A stretch of DNA of 64,000 bases from NCBI GenBank assembly GCA_002633005.1, contig NMRA01000286.1, positions 488,478-552,477 of the forward strand, written 5' to 3'. How positions within the stretch are numbered: the stretch's first letter is position 1; the number at the start of each line of letters is the position of its first letter. This DNA comes from Phoronis australis. Taxonomy: Eukaryota > Animalia > Phoronida. The position numbers were made by a program, and so were the translations under genes. Below are positions 13,201 to 26,472 of the stretch, piece after piece. A model generated the notes under the pieces. The model was not told where the DNA came from, ran no database searches, and saw only the letters and a list, made by a program, of their open reading frames with translations.

Positions 13201-16200
13201 TTTGGCGTACGTACAAGGTCTACTATTGAGGGAGACTCGTTCTTCACCTTGAAAGAGAAGCAAAAGTGAAACAGTTTAAACAAGGATTAATATAAAAGTA
13301 TAGCTTGAACGAAATTTATAGGCTGTTGAAGTGGCAAGTTTTTGATTATATAATACAATTGGCGTGGCATGTCGAAAGAGAAGTCCCAAAGACGGTAGTC
13401 TTCACTGCTTCGTCGTCTGAAGCAAGGCTGCTTGATTGCGTGTCGACTTCCGTTGCACAGTAGTACAGTGATAACTGATGATGCTTACATGTAATGGGAA
13501 TATGCAGTGAAGTAGATTTTCATAGTTCGTGACGATGTTGACAACGTAAAATTCACGTATCATGAACTTCGTATAGAGGATGATTCAAACGATTCCTGCC
13601 TCATCTAAGGGTCTTCTTCAACTAATGGATTACACGCATCTTGTTGACCCAGATCTAGAGTAAGGTTATACACATGGGAGTGTTGTCGTCCTTGGTCTCG
13701 ATTTATGCTGGGCTGCCTGGTGTTGATAAAGTACTTATAACTTTTGGAGAAAAACAGTGTTCGTCTCTGGCTAGAACCTGGGCATTGTCCTTGTCTAGAA
13801 TATGGCCAATTTTGAGGGTGTGATCACCAATGCCAGAGTGATCTATGGGATCCCCAGTGTCACTCATTATAGCCGACATCTACACGGGGGACTTTGAGAG
13901 ACGAGCCACTCATAGAGACGGCCTCGCACCCTCAGAGCTTTGGCTTAAGTACGTGGGTGACACATTCGTTGTCATACATGATTACCACGTCGACAATTTC
14001 GTTGTGCATATCAACAGTATAGATCGTCACACCCAGTTCATCATGGAGCCTGAGACCGACAATAAGTTACCCATCATTGACCTGAGTGTCAACGATGATG
14101 GTTTTACTAAGATCACAGATTATCACAAACCCACATATATTGATCAGTACCTCAACTTCAACTCGAATCATCCGATACAACATGGGCAGCCCTTGTTGCT
14201 CACTCAACAGCAACAACTGGCCCATGCCAACGGACCAGGACTCATAATATAAGACCACCTACCAGCGGTGTCGGGCGTCGTGTCTCAACAACAACGACAA
14301 CTCCAATATAAGCAGTTAGTAGTCCGCACTCTCATCAACAGAGCAACACAAAATCGCGATGCCGAAATTGCCTACATACAGAGGGCTCCGTCAGTCAACG
14401 ACTAAGAGAATTGAACACTTACCCTCCCAAGCAATAGACGCCAGCGAGAGAAAGACCATTGGAAAAAACGCCACTCTGTGACCATTCCCTACATCAGGAA
14501 CTGTGCAGAGCGCATTGCACGCACTTATAGATCTCATTGGGTAGATACCTACTACAAGCCTGTTAACAACATCCGGAAGAACATGGTTCACCCGAAGGAC
14601 CGCACGCCCAACGACACGAAGCCATGTGTGGTATACCAGCTTTCTTGCAAAGAGGATCCCTCCCAGATATACATAGGGTAAACCAAACGCTCTCTGGGTA
14701 CAAGAATGAAGGAACACTTCAAGTTGAATAAACCCACTGGCATTGATGATCACATCCTTAACACTGGCCATATTATGGACAGGGACAATGCCCAGGTTCT
14801 AGTCGGAGAGGAACACTGGTTTTCTCGAAAAGTTAAGGATGGAAACGTTCGAAGCATACACAACAAAAAGTTCGTAGTGAGTTTTACCTGCTGAACTGGG
14901 AATGTGAACAAGGGTTCATACAAGACATCCATTGTTTACGATGTCACAGATTGTACCTGCTCTACAAATTTTCATAGGATTAAGCCTGACGACTTGACGA
15001 CTATTAGAAAAGATGATATCACAATTTCTTAGTGGCATATACAGTGCCAAAATTAGAGCAATTGAGTTGGCCAACTAATTATTGTCATATCTTCATAACA
15101 ATCCTAGACTACATGATGTAAACAGAAAGTGCTGCTTTGGGGGATGGACATCGGGCACCAGTTGCTGACGTTTATCGGGCACTGGTGTCAATGATGGGGA
15201 TGCCGCCGGAAGGTACTGAAACTACAGTAATCGCAAGCTGATGGCTGAACACGATAGTTTTTCATGTTTTTTCCGTTTTCACCATGAATGTAATTTCATG
15301 TTATTTCACATTGTTTTAGCATTGTTCTCGACAAGGAAAAAGCGTTGTTTGTTTGCATAAACCTGGCAATGTAAAATCTAACACTGACAGATTTCAGAAT
15401 TAATGCGAAAAATGCTTTATGAAAATTATATTTAAGCTTCTTTCAGGTGGCGTTGTTGGCAACTAATTAATCAATAGATCTAGTTTTACTCACGTGCAAA
15501 ATTTCGCTTAGCTTTAAGTTCTTAGGCAGCGATCGACCATTCCGTTTAGCAGCCTTATGCAATGTTTTGAGCGCTTCATCCTCTCTTCCTTTTGTGAGCA
15601 GCCATCGCGGAGAAGGATAGACTATCCTAGAAAAGCCATTACCATGTGTATACTCAAAAGCTGGTGAATAGAGTGCCTCTAGAAGTCCATCACGATATAT
15701 GAGTTTGACTAGCGCAGTAAAAGATGCATGGTTCATATAATGGATTTGGAAAAACAGATAGGGCATCTAATCAGAACACCGATAGTCTGCTTAAAACGAG
15801 TATTCAGAAAGGGTTAATTGGGGAAACATATCAATGCAAACTGCTAATATTATAGCCAATCATGTGCAATTACGATGGGCAAACAGAGCTCAATTACAAA
15901 TCACCTCATTGGAATATAGCTTTCTCACGGTAAGAAGGCACATCTAGTTTTGACTTTGGAACGGACGATGGGAAGGCAGGCTAGAAATTTGAGAAGCGTT
16001 AACAAGTAATTATTGCAAACGACAAACCAGACGACGGAAACGCATTCTGTTCAGTTTATGCCGATATGAAGACTGTTTTTTTGGCACTAGTTTCAACATT
16101 TGCAATCGAATGCATTCAAATAAACGTGGGCGTGTGAATGTTACCACGGACCCAGGCATCTTGGAATGTGTCAAACAGAATCCACATGCCTTCCTATCTG

Positions 16201-19200
16201 AAATTTGATCTGATGTGTCGTCGATATCCGACCGATCTCGCCTGCTCTCTCCTGATATGTTCAGACGGACTGAGAATGGTAAGCCGATTAGTAGGTAATT
16301 GAGTTGCTAACATATTCCATAAAGTTTTGAAATATGCCGACGACATACCTGACGGCTCCAATGATTTTTTGAAAGAAACCTTTTAGTTATCTTTCTGAAC
16401 TGACGTAAAAAGTTTCAGTAATTTAAAATAAAAAACACAATGAACGCCATAGCCATGAGAAAGAAGTGAATAAAACTGCAGGTACTGGTTGAAAAATGTA
16501 TTTTATGTTGAGACTATTTACCAATAAACGAGAATACCACAGCCTAGAGGCAGGCTTGTGGCGAGCGTAAGATGGCGCCAATCTCTACAGAAGTTTGCAA
16601 TCACACCTAAGAGAAGAGCCCCAACACCCCACGCGAGAGAAGCAACTGCCTGGAGCTGCATTCGCATATCTGCGGTTGCCCATTCCTGGCCTGAAACAAC
16701 AACAAGCGACACCAATAGGTAATGTTTGTTGGACTATTGTATGCACTATGATATAATTGACATGTTTACTTTTTTGTTTCTCATGAATAAAATCTGTGCG
16801 TTCCTTGAATTAAAACGTCAAAACGTCTGTTCTTCAAACACACACCAGGGTTGCAAGACGCTCACAAGAAATGGTAGTGTGGTTAAGTGCTTCTCTTGAA
16901 ATGCATGGCAATACCTCAGAAAGCGTGCGTGATCTCGTGTTTTTGCTAGTTTCTTGCGTCTACAGAACGCAACCCTGGTCAAAATAAGGATACGATCCTT
17001 ACAGAATTGCCCATTAGAGACGGGAAAGTACAGCACTAAAGTAACTTACTCAATACGTAAGAGCTGTTGATTAAACCGCCGCAAAAGATCCCCACTATGA
17101 ACCTCAAAATGGTGAACACGGTGTAATTTGGTGAGAAATAGACGGTTACGGCAAAGACTGTTTGAATAACGGAGGTCACTAATACTGTCTTACGTCGACC
17201 AAACCTGGAAAAGAGAAACGACAATCACAGATCTTTCACTAAAATATGAAACATTTTTAAAAGTCTAGTTAGACGCCACTGTGTACGCATACCCATATTC
17301 AAGTGTAGACCCTTATTTTATGAGAAGCATCTTTGGAAACCAAAGAGCATTCGTTACTATTGTTATGTTTTCAGTTCAAATAAAACTGGTGTTAAATAAT
17401 GATAATAATTTCCGCAAAATAATGCTCTATATCGCTCATCAACCTTCAAAAGTTGTAGTAAGTTTGAAAATTCCTTGTAGGGTTTGCTAAATCGGCAAGC
17501 GTGATTAAAGCTTTCGGGAGACCTTAAAGTTGCTGAATGTTTGTTTTTGCCATTTTCTTTGGTTTTAGATATCTTGGAATTGGTACTGGACAAGATTTGA
17601 TCAATTTTCATAAAGTTTTGAATATTTTGCACAAACAAGTTAAGGTTACTGACATTAGTTCGCCAATGTTTCAGACATTTACGGGGACACCGATTACTGT
17701 TAGCAAGATGGAAGGGACAACTTCCTGGTGTCTTCCTGACGTTAGAGAATAAAGGGGCACCGTGCTTTGTGTTTTTATCCTGTGCCTGTATCAATTTAAA
17801 GCTCGTGATTCGATTCGCTATATTACACACCATTTAAATTCGAGATCAGTAGTTTTAATCGACTTCTGTATACACGATCCACTTTGAGCCACATCGTAAA
17901 ACAAGTCGCACCTCTAACTTAGGAAAGGAGATTGTATTAGCGCAATAACACGTGACCGAGTCACTTTTTGGACGAATCACCCAAACAGAGGGTATCTTTT
18001 CAATTAATTTGAAAGAACGAAAAGAAGCTGGCTAATCACAAGGAGTCAGTATATACCTAGAGCTTGGTCGCAAGCAACAACCGAACCATACTCTCTTATA
18101 TGAACAAGCTCGCATTATGCTAAGTAGTAAACTCTTTCATACCTGTCAGAAAATGGGCTAATGACGAGACATCCGATGAAAAACCCGAAGAAGTAAATAG
18201 TCTTGGAAAAGGCATTCATCCATCTGGATTGGCAAACTATATTCCACTAAAATAAAGATCAAAAATACGCATTTTTATGAACTGCATTTTAATGGAGGTC
18301 TGTATGTCTTGCAAGCTATGTGCTGCTATGTGCTGCAAAATGTAAGCCACACTTTTACAAAGGCGAAGCCACTATTGTGTTCACAGAGGTTTGTCGACCA
18401 TGCTTATAAATTAAGGGTTCCCCAGATTGGACTTATAACATAGATATCATTCTAGGGTTAAAGAGGCCTTTTCCACTGCATTTAAGTTTACGACTTTAGA
18501 AAACGGAGTTTAACGCAACACAGTTCAGCTGAAAATTGGGCCCAAATAATAACACAAGTTAAAGCAGTTGCGGACCTAGGTTTTCAGTAACGGGGTTCAG
18601 GATACAAACGAAGCGCAAATCCGAGGCGCTTAACGCCGAGCGGGGGAGGTCGGAAGGGGAGCTCCTCCCTCCCGTGTAAGAGAGTTTTTGTAGCCAAATA
18701 GTGCAATTTCCATGCATCACTACAAAAAATCGCTAGATGGTTTCCGCGGAAGTTAAGCACACTTTTGAAAAATAATCAAATTAGTTAAATAATATATGGT
18801 AAATACAAACAGGGCTGAGAGAATTACAAAATGTTTATATTTTAGTGACACTTTTCGACTGACGTAATTCACCCTGTATACTAAATGGGTGAGTGTAAAG
18901 GAAATAGGATATTTAATTACCACGTGACACCGACCTTTTCTCAACATTCTTGAAGAAAGCTGAATTCTTATTCATATTGAACATTTTGCTAAAGGGCGGC
19001 CTGTCTTATTTGTTTTTAAAAGTAATTAAATTTAACCCATTCTTCAAATAAAAAAATGAGAACGTGAACATATTCGGAGAAATATACAAACCTAAAGGCT
19101 TTGCACGTGGTGGGCCTATTCGCTGTGCCATAAAGATACCATTACGTATTAACTAAAACATTTTCCACCTAATCAATGCATTACACACAAACCTCCGTAA

Positions 19201-19627
19201 CTATGGTGTTTTCAAAATTCGACTTGTCATATTTCCACTGGCCTGTCACCGATTTGCATGGCATTGTGGGCATCGCTTCTGAGATGACATCATCCACTTT
19301 GCTTGTATTTGTGGCATTAACATCAAACACCTCGCAGCTACTGTAAACAATTTTACCGCTTTTGATGGTAAAGGGAATTGTGATGTTTTTTATATTTTCG
19401 TCAACCAAACAACGGTGCTCCGGCGTGCCAGCCAAGAAAACCATACCCATGTTTTGAATGGCCACTCCCGAAGCTAAGAAAAGTAGGAATCCGATTTGAA
19501 TCCGTTGCGTCAGACCCCATTGCCCGATAAACTTCAGAATACCCTCGAAATTCTCGAATGTTTCCACGCTACTTGTTTTCCTATTATCTTCCGAACCTTG
19601 ACTGGTTTTAAACTGACAACATCCCAT
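10300..19627 (-). CDS. SLC22-family organic ion transporter, paralog A (complete, 9 coding exons, 570 aa)
   Basis: Exons: 19627-19193, 18246-18143, 17204-17050, 16690-16522, 15626-15494, 13247-12953, 12185-12004, 11276-11122, 10384-10300. All junctions are GT-AG and phases close (1713 nt). Motifs: SDRFGRR, RDWR, SPRWL, DLVRTP, YTTEVYPTPIR, PETYGRPL. Exon sizes 104/155/169 match the conserved SLC22 gene structure. Confidence 0.93.
10585..10840. repeat. Degenerate (CCAT/CCAA/CCAC)n tetranucleotide low-complexity tract
   Basis: Runs such as ccatccactcaaccc and ccatccaaccaaccacgcacccacg in the last intron. Confidence 0.7.
13580..14835 (+). mobile_element. Decayed Penelope-like retroelement (RT + GIY-YIG) with an inverted pLTR, in SLC22 intron 5
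   Basis: RT fragments MGSPVS, WLKYVGDTF (from YVDD), LPIID and YHKPTYIDQYLNFNSNHP. GIY-YIG fragments TIPYI and CVVYQLSCK...YIG*TKR. Stops and frameshifts are present. About 13741-13838 is the reverse complement of about 14735-14832, the inverted 3'-end copy typical of PLEs. Confidence 0.85.
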
Positions 19628-20244
19628 CTTACACATCCAAAGAGATATGGCGACCTTCTTTGCGAGACTTCTCCTTGTCGTCACATTATCAAATGAGTCG
19701 CGAACAAGAGATCTACTTAACCCGTGTTTACGTTCTCGCAGGGACACTTGGTACGTCAAGTAGGGCTATATAACGACTGTAAATTTGCACCTGAAGCACG
19801 ACAAAATAGTTATAAATGGAATGACAAGTTAAAATGATTCAGCAAGTTTGTAGATATAACTTATGGTACTACACTAGCCATTTACGGAAACATTTCTTCA
19901 AATTTCTTTTCACTACTGATTTCAACCCATGAAACTGAATATTATCAAATTCTTTATGAAATCACTGACATCCACGAAAAAATCCAAACATTTCATATTC
20001 TTCGACGGCAGGGTTGTCTTGTAAACTGTCATGTGATTTTCATGGCATTATGGGAAAAGGCAATGAACTTTCGAATAGGTGTACAAACTGAGGAAACATT
20101 CGACAAGATCAAAAGTTCAAGGTAGGCAATCTTCTTACCACAAGGTTAGCTCCCTGAGAATTAACATTACTTCCTGTGAGCTGCAGTTCGTTGCCCATAA
20201 TCCAGAATTCACAGGATTCGATTTTTGGTCTTGAAAAGTTTTGC

Positions 20245-20970
20245 TTAAATGTAATCTTCCCGCTTCATTTTTACTAAAAAAACCCATGGAATAGATTTTA
20301 ATGCAAGTTAATTCAGTCTAAGCTTAAAAGAACGCTCATTCAACACAACTCCAAATACTTTCAAACTTATCTGAAATTATGATTTCTTGATTTGCTTTTC
20401 AATTTCCCGTGGTGTACCACCACCTAAAATGGCCGCCGTAGTGAGTGACAGCGGACTCATGCATAGCGGGTATTTACTAAATTGCCGCCATATGTAACAA
20501 GGCTTCCGCGTTTACCCTCCCACTTTTTAAAAATAAAAATTAGTAGCAAACCAAGACAAAAACAAGCAGGGCTGAAAGTTACGAAATGTTTATATTTTAG
20601 TGATATCTGTCGAATGACGAAACTCCTCATGAGAACTAAATTGGTGAATATAAACATTTCTTAAATTTCAGGTTGAGGTTGCTTTATTTTACTGTAAACT
20701 TTTTGAAAAGATTTTTATTTTTATTTTTTCATTGCTTATGACGGCAGTTGAGTAAGCTCACACAATGCATGAGTCAGCTGTCACTCACTACAGCTGCCAT
20801 TTTAGGGAGTGGCGCACCACCAAAACGAAATTAATTAATTCAGTTAAGATGAAAATATTTGGAGTTGTTTTAAATGAGGATAATTTGGCTTTAGTTTCGG
20901 CTGAAGTAACTGGCGTTAAAACGTTTCTTCAAGTTTTCATCTAAAATGAAGCGGAAAGAATATGTTCAAT
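20245..20970. mobile_element. Foldback/MITE-like element with long diverged inverted arms
   Basis: CTAAAATGGCCGCCGTAGTGAGTGACAGCGGACTCATGCAT pairs with ATGCATGAGTCAGCTGTCACTCACTACAGCTGCCATTTTAG, and CTTCCCGCTTCATTTT pairs with AAAATGAAGCGGAAAG. A related copy lies at about 37340-37690. Confidence 0.7.
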
Positions 20971-22024
20971 ATTGAACTTACTGAGTTGTTTTGTGCTTCG
21001 GAAAGATGTGCATTAACGACTGAGAAATGTCAACAAGTAGTATATCTATTCAGCTGGGTTCAGTTGCATAAAAGTTGCTTTGTCATAAAAGTTGTTTTTT
21101 CTTTGTTTGCTTTCTGTTTCTTTGTTCTCAGATCGCTACAGATCAATTTTTGGTTTGAGGAGCCAATGCGCTATATGTATGGTGACGACACGTCATTGCT
21201 CGCCAAGCCAGGCAGCGCGTGCCACGCGGTCCGCCATATTGGTAGGGGGGAAGAAATGTAGACAAAAGCACGTTCGCGTTATGAAAGCCTACAATAAAAT
21301 TTTAAATACTAGAGAGGTTTTACAATATTGATAACACAAAGCAAAGTAAGCCTGTAACCTACGCACTGCTTATTAAACGGTTAGTGCACAGACAAATTAC
21401 CCCTGGCCAATGCTTTGGCTGGATTTCTCTGCTACTACGGCCTGCCTGGGAGGTCCCGGCCGACTCATATGTATTTTAAAAACACAATTACACCGAAATA
21501 TAAACATTTTGTAAAGTTTGGAAAATGTTTCCTTTATACCTTTGTATAGTTATCTACGTCATTAATTTTTTAGTTATTTTAACTGTATAGTAATTAGTTT
21601 CAGTTGCTTTCAAACCGACAAGATGATCAGCTGGCAAAGGGACACTCCCGCCATTGAACACTGCATTCCCAAACTTTTAGGCTGGGTTTGTAGGGGAACT
21701 TCTTTTTCTGTCAGCGTTGGCTCATCGTTTTGGCATACACAATAAATAGATCCAAAGGGCTAAGGTAAATTCTATGAACTTCCCCTACCTGGATCCCATC
21801 TGAACTGAAGTATTGAACACACTGCTTGTACGTTCGAAGTACGCATGTAGAAGTGCTGAGGTGTCCTTCAATGGTATACTACGATCATTCAACTCTCTGG
21901 TATTACTTGTCCCAGTACCAAAAATATTTTATCGTGGAAAGCCAATGAAATTACATGATCTCAAAATTCAAACCGTTGTATCTTAGACCCTGTTGTCAAA
22001 AACACACTTATGGCAAAGCGTGTA

Positions 22025-22100
22025 CATTGGCGGATCCAGAGTTTTAAAAAGGTGTTCGCAAAATTACAACCAATCAATGTACCCCCTTGGATCCGACTTG
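22025..22100. mobile_element. Tiny GC-rich MITE (GGCGGATCCA family)
   Basis: Termini CATTGGCGGATCCAG and CTTGGATCCGACTTG. Confidence 0.5.
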
Positions 22101-24527
22101 TTAACCCATATAACTGCTCGGGCTAGCCTCGGTTAAAGGACGTGGTTTACTAACATCTTTTTAAGTGGGTGCAACAGCTGTTGTAGGGACCAGATAGAGT
22201 CAAACAATTGTTTTTGCGATCGGATTCTCTACCGCAAAATGATTTTCTTCCAATTTTTAAACTTCAAAAGTCAAAAAATTACACCATTGGTTCTAGGTCC
22301 GAGGTCTACTCTTTGTTGTTGAAATCGAACTCAACATTATTTTTGAAGTTTTCCGCTCCCCTTAATACAAACTTTAGATATGTGCCAGACTCTATAATTC
22401 CGTGCTCGGGTAGGTTAGGTTTTCGTGGATGATTGTCTAACGATCCTAGTTCGCACTTGATGACACTAACATTAAAGCTATTAGTTCAAGTCCGAACTCG
22501 AACTTTCAGTTCTTAATATAAATTGCGCGTTGATGCTCGAATTGTAGCTCGTATCTAAGAGTCATCAAATGCAAATTTAGACTAGAAACTCAGTGTGTAA
22601 ATTATAATGTACGCGAGCATAGAACTTATTAATACTTATCTTGAGTTTGTACCCAAAACAGTACGTAAAATGGTAAAAACATCTTGAGTTCAATTCCCAG
22701 TACAAAAATTAGACCCCGAGTTGTTTAAAAAATCAGAGACTCTTTTTTAGGAAAAAGGATCCCTACCCATTTCTGGTGGCATCAGGTGACTCCGAGGAAA
22801 AAAAGAACCCGATTCATTTCATCTGGCATAAGACAATGTTGGGGGAGCAAAGACATCGACCCATTTCAGTTGGCCTTTTCTACATGAAACTTTGGACATC
22901 TACACACTGACACATCGGAACGTAAGGTTTCAAATAATGACGAACTAGAACTATATGCTATTATATTTGGCCTAAAAGTCATGAATGCAATAGCCTTTTG
23001 AAAAAAATGAGCTTGATCAGCTTCTGCCTCGACAACCAGTGTTGAATGACTCAGTGAGCAACATGATTCATTCAGTTATTATAGTACTAGGCCACCAACA
23101 ACTCAATCAATTCAAAATTTTCAGTTCCGTACTGTGTTTCAGTAGTGGTTGTTCAAGTGAAGTAAGTTGTTGCTGCCTTTACTGTAACGCTTATTTCATG
23201 AACAAAACAAAACACTTCACACCTCTTCTCAAGATCCCACAACAGATCAAAATGTGCACGACTTCAGTAACATAAGCGGCCCATTGTGTTCTTCAGCTTT
23301 GCAAGTAATAAAACGCTACACTTGACTGGGGATGGGGAAGTCTCACAGCATTTAGTGCTTGACATGATTGCAAAGACTTTAAGGACAACAAAACCTGCAA
23401 TGTACTCCACAATGTTAGACCACAATGAGGGGCGCAGACGGCTGTTGAATGGTACGTGTTAGTAGCTTCTCTTCTTGATGGACTATGATGGCCAGGAGTA
23501 ATGCCGACGTGGACTGATGAAAAATACCCACGAACTGTCGTCAATTCGTACTGTTGTTCCAACCCACTGAAAACGCAATACAAAAATGAATGAGATCCAC
23601 GTGGGATAATTTGCATCAACAACGAATGCCCCTCTCCAAGCAATCCAGACTTGAAAGTTCCCCGGAGCCGAAATTCGAATACGCCAAAAAGCTCGTATTG
23701 CACAGGCAAGCACTTTTCATATATTGCTCAGTGCCACCTTTTGGCCAAAACACACGTCTTTGTACCCTCAATCAATTATGGAGTTGCACTCGTTTTTCGA
23801 GTCACTGTTTTGGTTTATAAGATGTTGTAAACATTAAAGTCTTAGGCCAAAAATTGTTACCGTGGGCTGCCCCCTGTTTTCTTTTTGAAAATCGAGTTTA
23901 TGCTGCGGTGTTTTCTTAGTTAACTTTTTCACAAAAGAAAGAAACCTGAGTCGAGCAAAAGTGATGCGGGGGTCCATTTTTTTGCACCGCTTGGCAAATG
24001 ATGGCATTTCAAAACTCAGTGCTAACCTTTGGTTACAAACCTTTGTACAGTTTTTAATAATCATGAACCCTTGACTGAAAATGATACGGGAGGGCGATAT
24101 TTTACTTGGTGAGTTCACACGTCAAAGTGACTCGGGGAAGAGACCAGAACCAAGTGTTCTTCTTCTCAGGATATATGAGTGCGAGAAATGGGGGTGTTTT
24201 TTCATCTAGCATCCATTACAGTTTCGTGACAATATGGACTTAATCTATCGGGACGAGCTTATGTCTTCACGATACGATGAATTTACGAACAAAAAATGTC
24301 CACGCTTCTTCAAGAATCGTACATTTCCGTATAAGAAACCAGCTACAAATATTCTTGTCATATCGCGCACCCTTGAATAGGAATTTCATTCATCAAGAAT
24401 CTGTTCCAAGGTTTCAGACCATTGAATGCTGACTATCTTTAGACAGCTGGTCTTCAACCACTTCCCCGAATGTCAACATAAACTACAATATATCATCGCA
24501 AACGGCCGTAAACACAACTCGTGGTAT

Positions 24528-24647
24528 GTCACGTGACGATGACTTTGACACGGATGGAGTTTGCGTGATTGGGGGGAATTCCCAAAAATCAGAAATCAAC
24601 ACTTTGCAATCATCACGCAACGTTGCTAGACGTAATTACAGGTAAGC
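24528..24647 (+). promoter_or_regulatory. Candidate promoter and first non-coding exon with NF-kB, E-box and C/EBP-like sites
   Basis: GTCACGTGAC (24528-24537), GATTGG, GGGAATTCCC (24574-24583), the inverted pair TTGCGTGAT/ATCACGCAA, then a consensus donor CAG|GTAAGC at 24641. Confidence 0.45.
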
Positions 24648-26472
24648 ATTTGAATGTTGGTATCAACGCATTGAACATAAAAACATGCTTTGACAACTCT
24701 GCTTGCACCAAGTGCACGGAATGACGTAATTACTGCCGCAGAATGTGTTCGTATATGTTAGCCTCATTTTATACATATATATAGGCCCCTATAAATATAA
24801 TCATTTTATTACATAACTTTACTTGTTGATTACCCCCACTTTCTCAGAGAGTGATGTTCAGTAATTCTTCTTTTTCTTAGAACTATATGTTTACGAGCAC
24901 ACTGTGTCTTTCAATGTTTATGGTTGATTGTTATATCTCGTTGCCCTTAATATACGCTTTACTCAGGTCTTTTCACGACAGTTTGTGTTACGATCTGCAG
25001 TTTATTGAAATAGCGGCTAGTTATAGACCCAACCTCGTTTCCGACAAACCACCGTCGTAGTCGAATCGTATTCTCCCGCGCGCCACAGACACTGCACGTA
25101 ATATCGATTGTGGTGATGATAATGCCAACACAATCATGACAAAGGATGGTGACGGTCGTAACGATGACGACGGTATGCGTGGTTACGGCATTGGCGACTG
25201 TGAAATTGGATAAACTGAGAATTTGAAGTACTGCTTCCTTATTGTTTTTATAACAGCGGTGGCCGTAGAACAGACAGCAGCAGTATATCGAAACCGAAAC
25301 CGAAACCCCAGGTCGTCAGTTGATATTAATTGCGGTAGTGTCTGCGATCTGTGTCTAATGAACCTTTTCAGAACACAGGTTCTCCCGGTTGTGCTGCACT
25401 GCGAATCTGGGTGCGAACCGAAAAAAGACGTAAGTAAATTACTTCTCTCTCCGTTCAGGTCTTTCAACGTGGTCGGTTAACATAATTCGGTATAAAATAA
25501 CCATGAATTCACGTTATTTGAGACAGAAGCGGAGAGCATGTGCAACGATATTGGTCTTGCTGCGTTCAGTATTCTGGGAACTAGGGCAGTGCAACTCAGC
25601 ATGGAGGTCACACACAAGCCAATAGAGTATGATCTCATAACCGAGTGATTTAGGGTAGTTTAGCGTAAAAGCATGAACTAGGGTGGACTAACATGAAGCA
25701 GGTCCTCTACGTACGATTGATAACTCTCATGTAACGTGTTGACTTAAAGTGTCGTCATCTGAGTTTAGTCCTAGCGCAGAATCGAATCTGAGCGGCATCA
25801 CAGTCAAACGCTCTGTAATTGATTGAGCACTATTTGGAAGAATATCTCAACCGTATGTTATCTGGTTAAACCACTGGCGTTGAGTTCAGGGGAAGTCAAC
25901 GGCGAAAATAAGCGATTTATAATCAAACCAGAAAAAACACAAAGGATTTTATTGTTTTATAGTTTGGTAACCATTGCGAGTCTGCGCATTAGTTTGGACA
26001 ATGAACTACCGCTAAGCTCCGCAAATCCGTTAGTCGTACAAGTCGGCTAAAGCTTTTTGACAAGAAAATGACAAAAAATCTATTTTTAAATGCCAGATAG
26101 AAATGAAACCATGGTTTCTTTAGTAACAGGTCATCCCATTCAACACAGAAAAAAACGGTTGTTTAAAGAAAAAATACGCATAATCTAACCGAACAACCCT
26201 GTCACCTCATCGTTTGATATCAGTCGGGTTCATCTCGCTTCGTGTTTTCGGCATACATGTTCCGGGGTTTTGCTTATTTCTTTGCATCTGCTCCACCGAT
26301 TTACAAAATGTTTGTGTTAATCAGTCACTAAAGCCTTGAAGAAAAACGGCATATCAGGATTTTTCATTTATTTTTTTGTGTTATTGATCAGCCCTTAAAG
26401 TTGGGAGAAGCACATCGAGAATTCAAACTTTCTGTTTTTTCTGTAAGATTTATTTTAATGTTTGATTTCTAA

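Noticed and set aside
23293-23709. 138-aa minus-strand ORF
   Set aside because: GTG start, no domain similarity that I can recognise, and no supporting splice structure.
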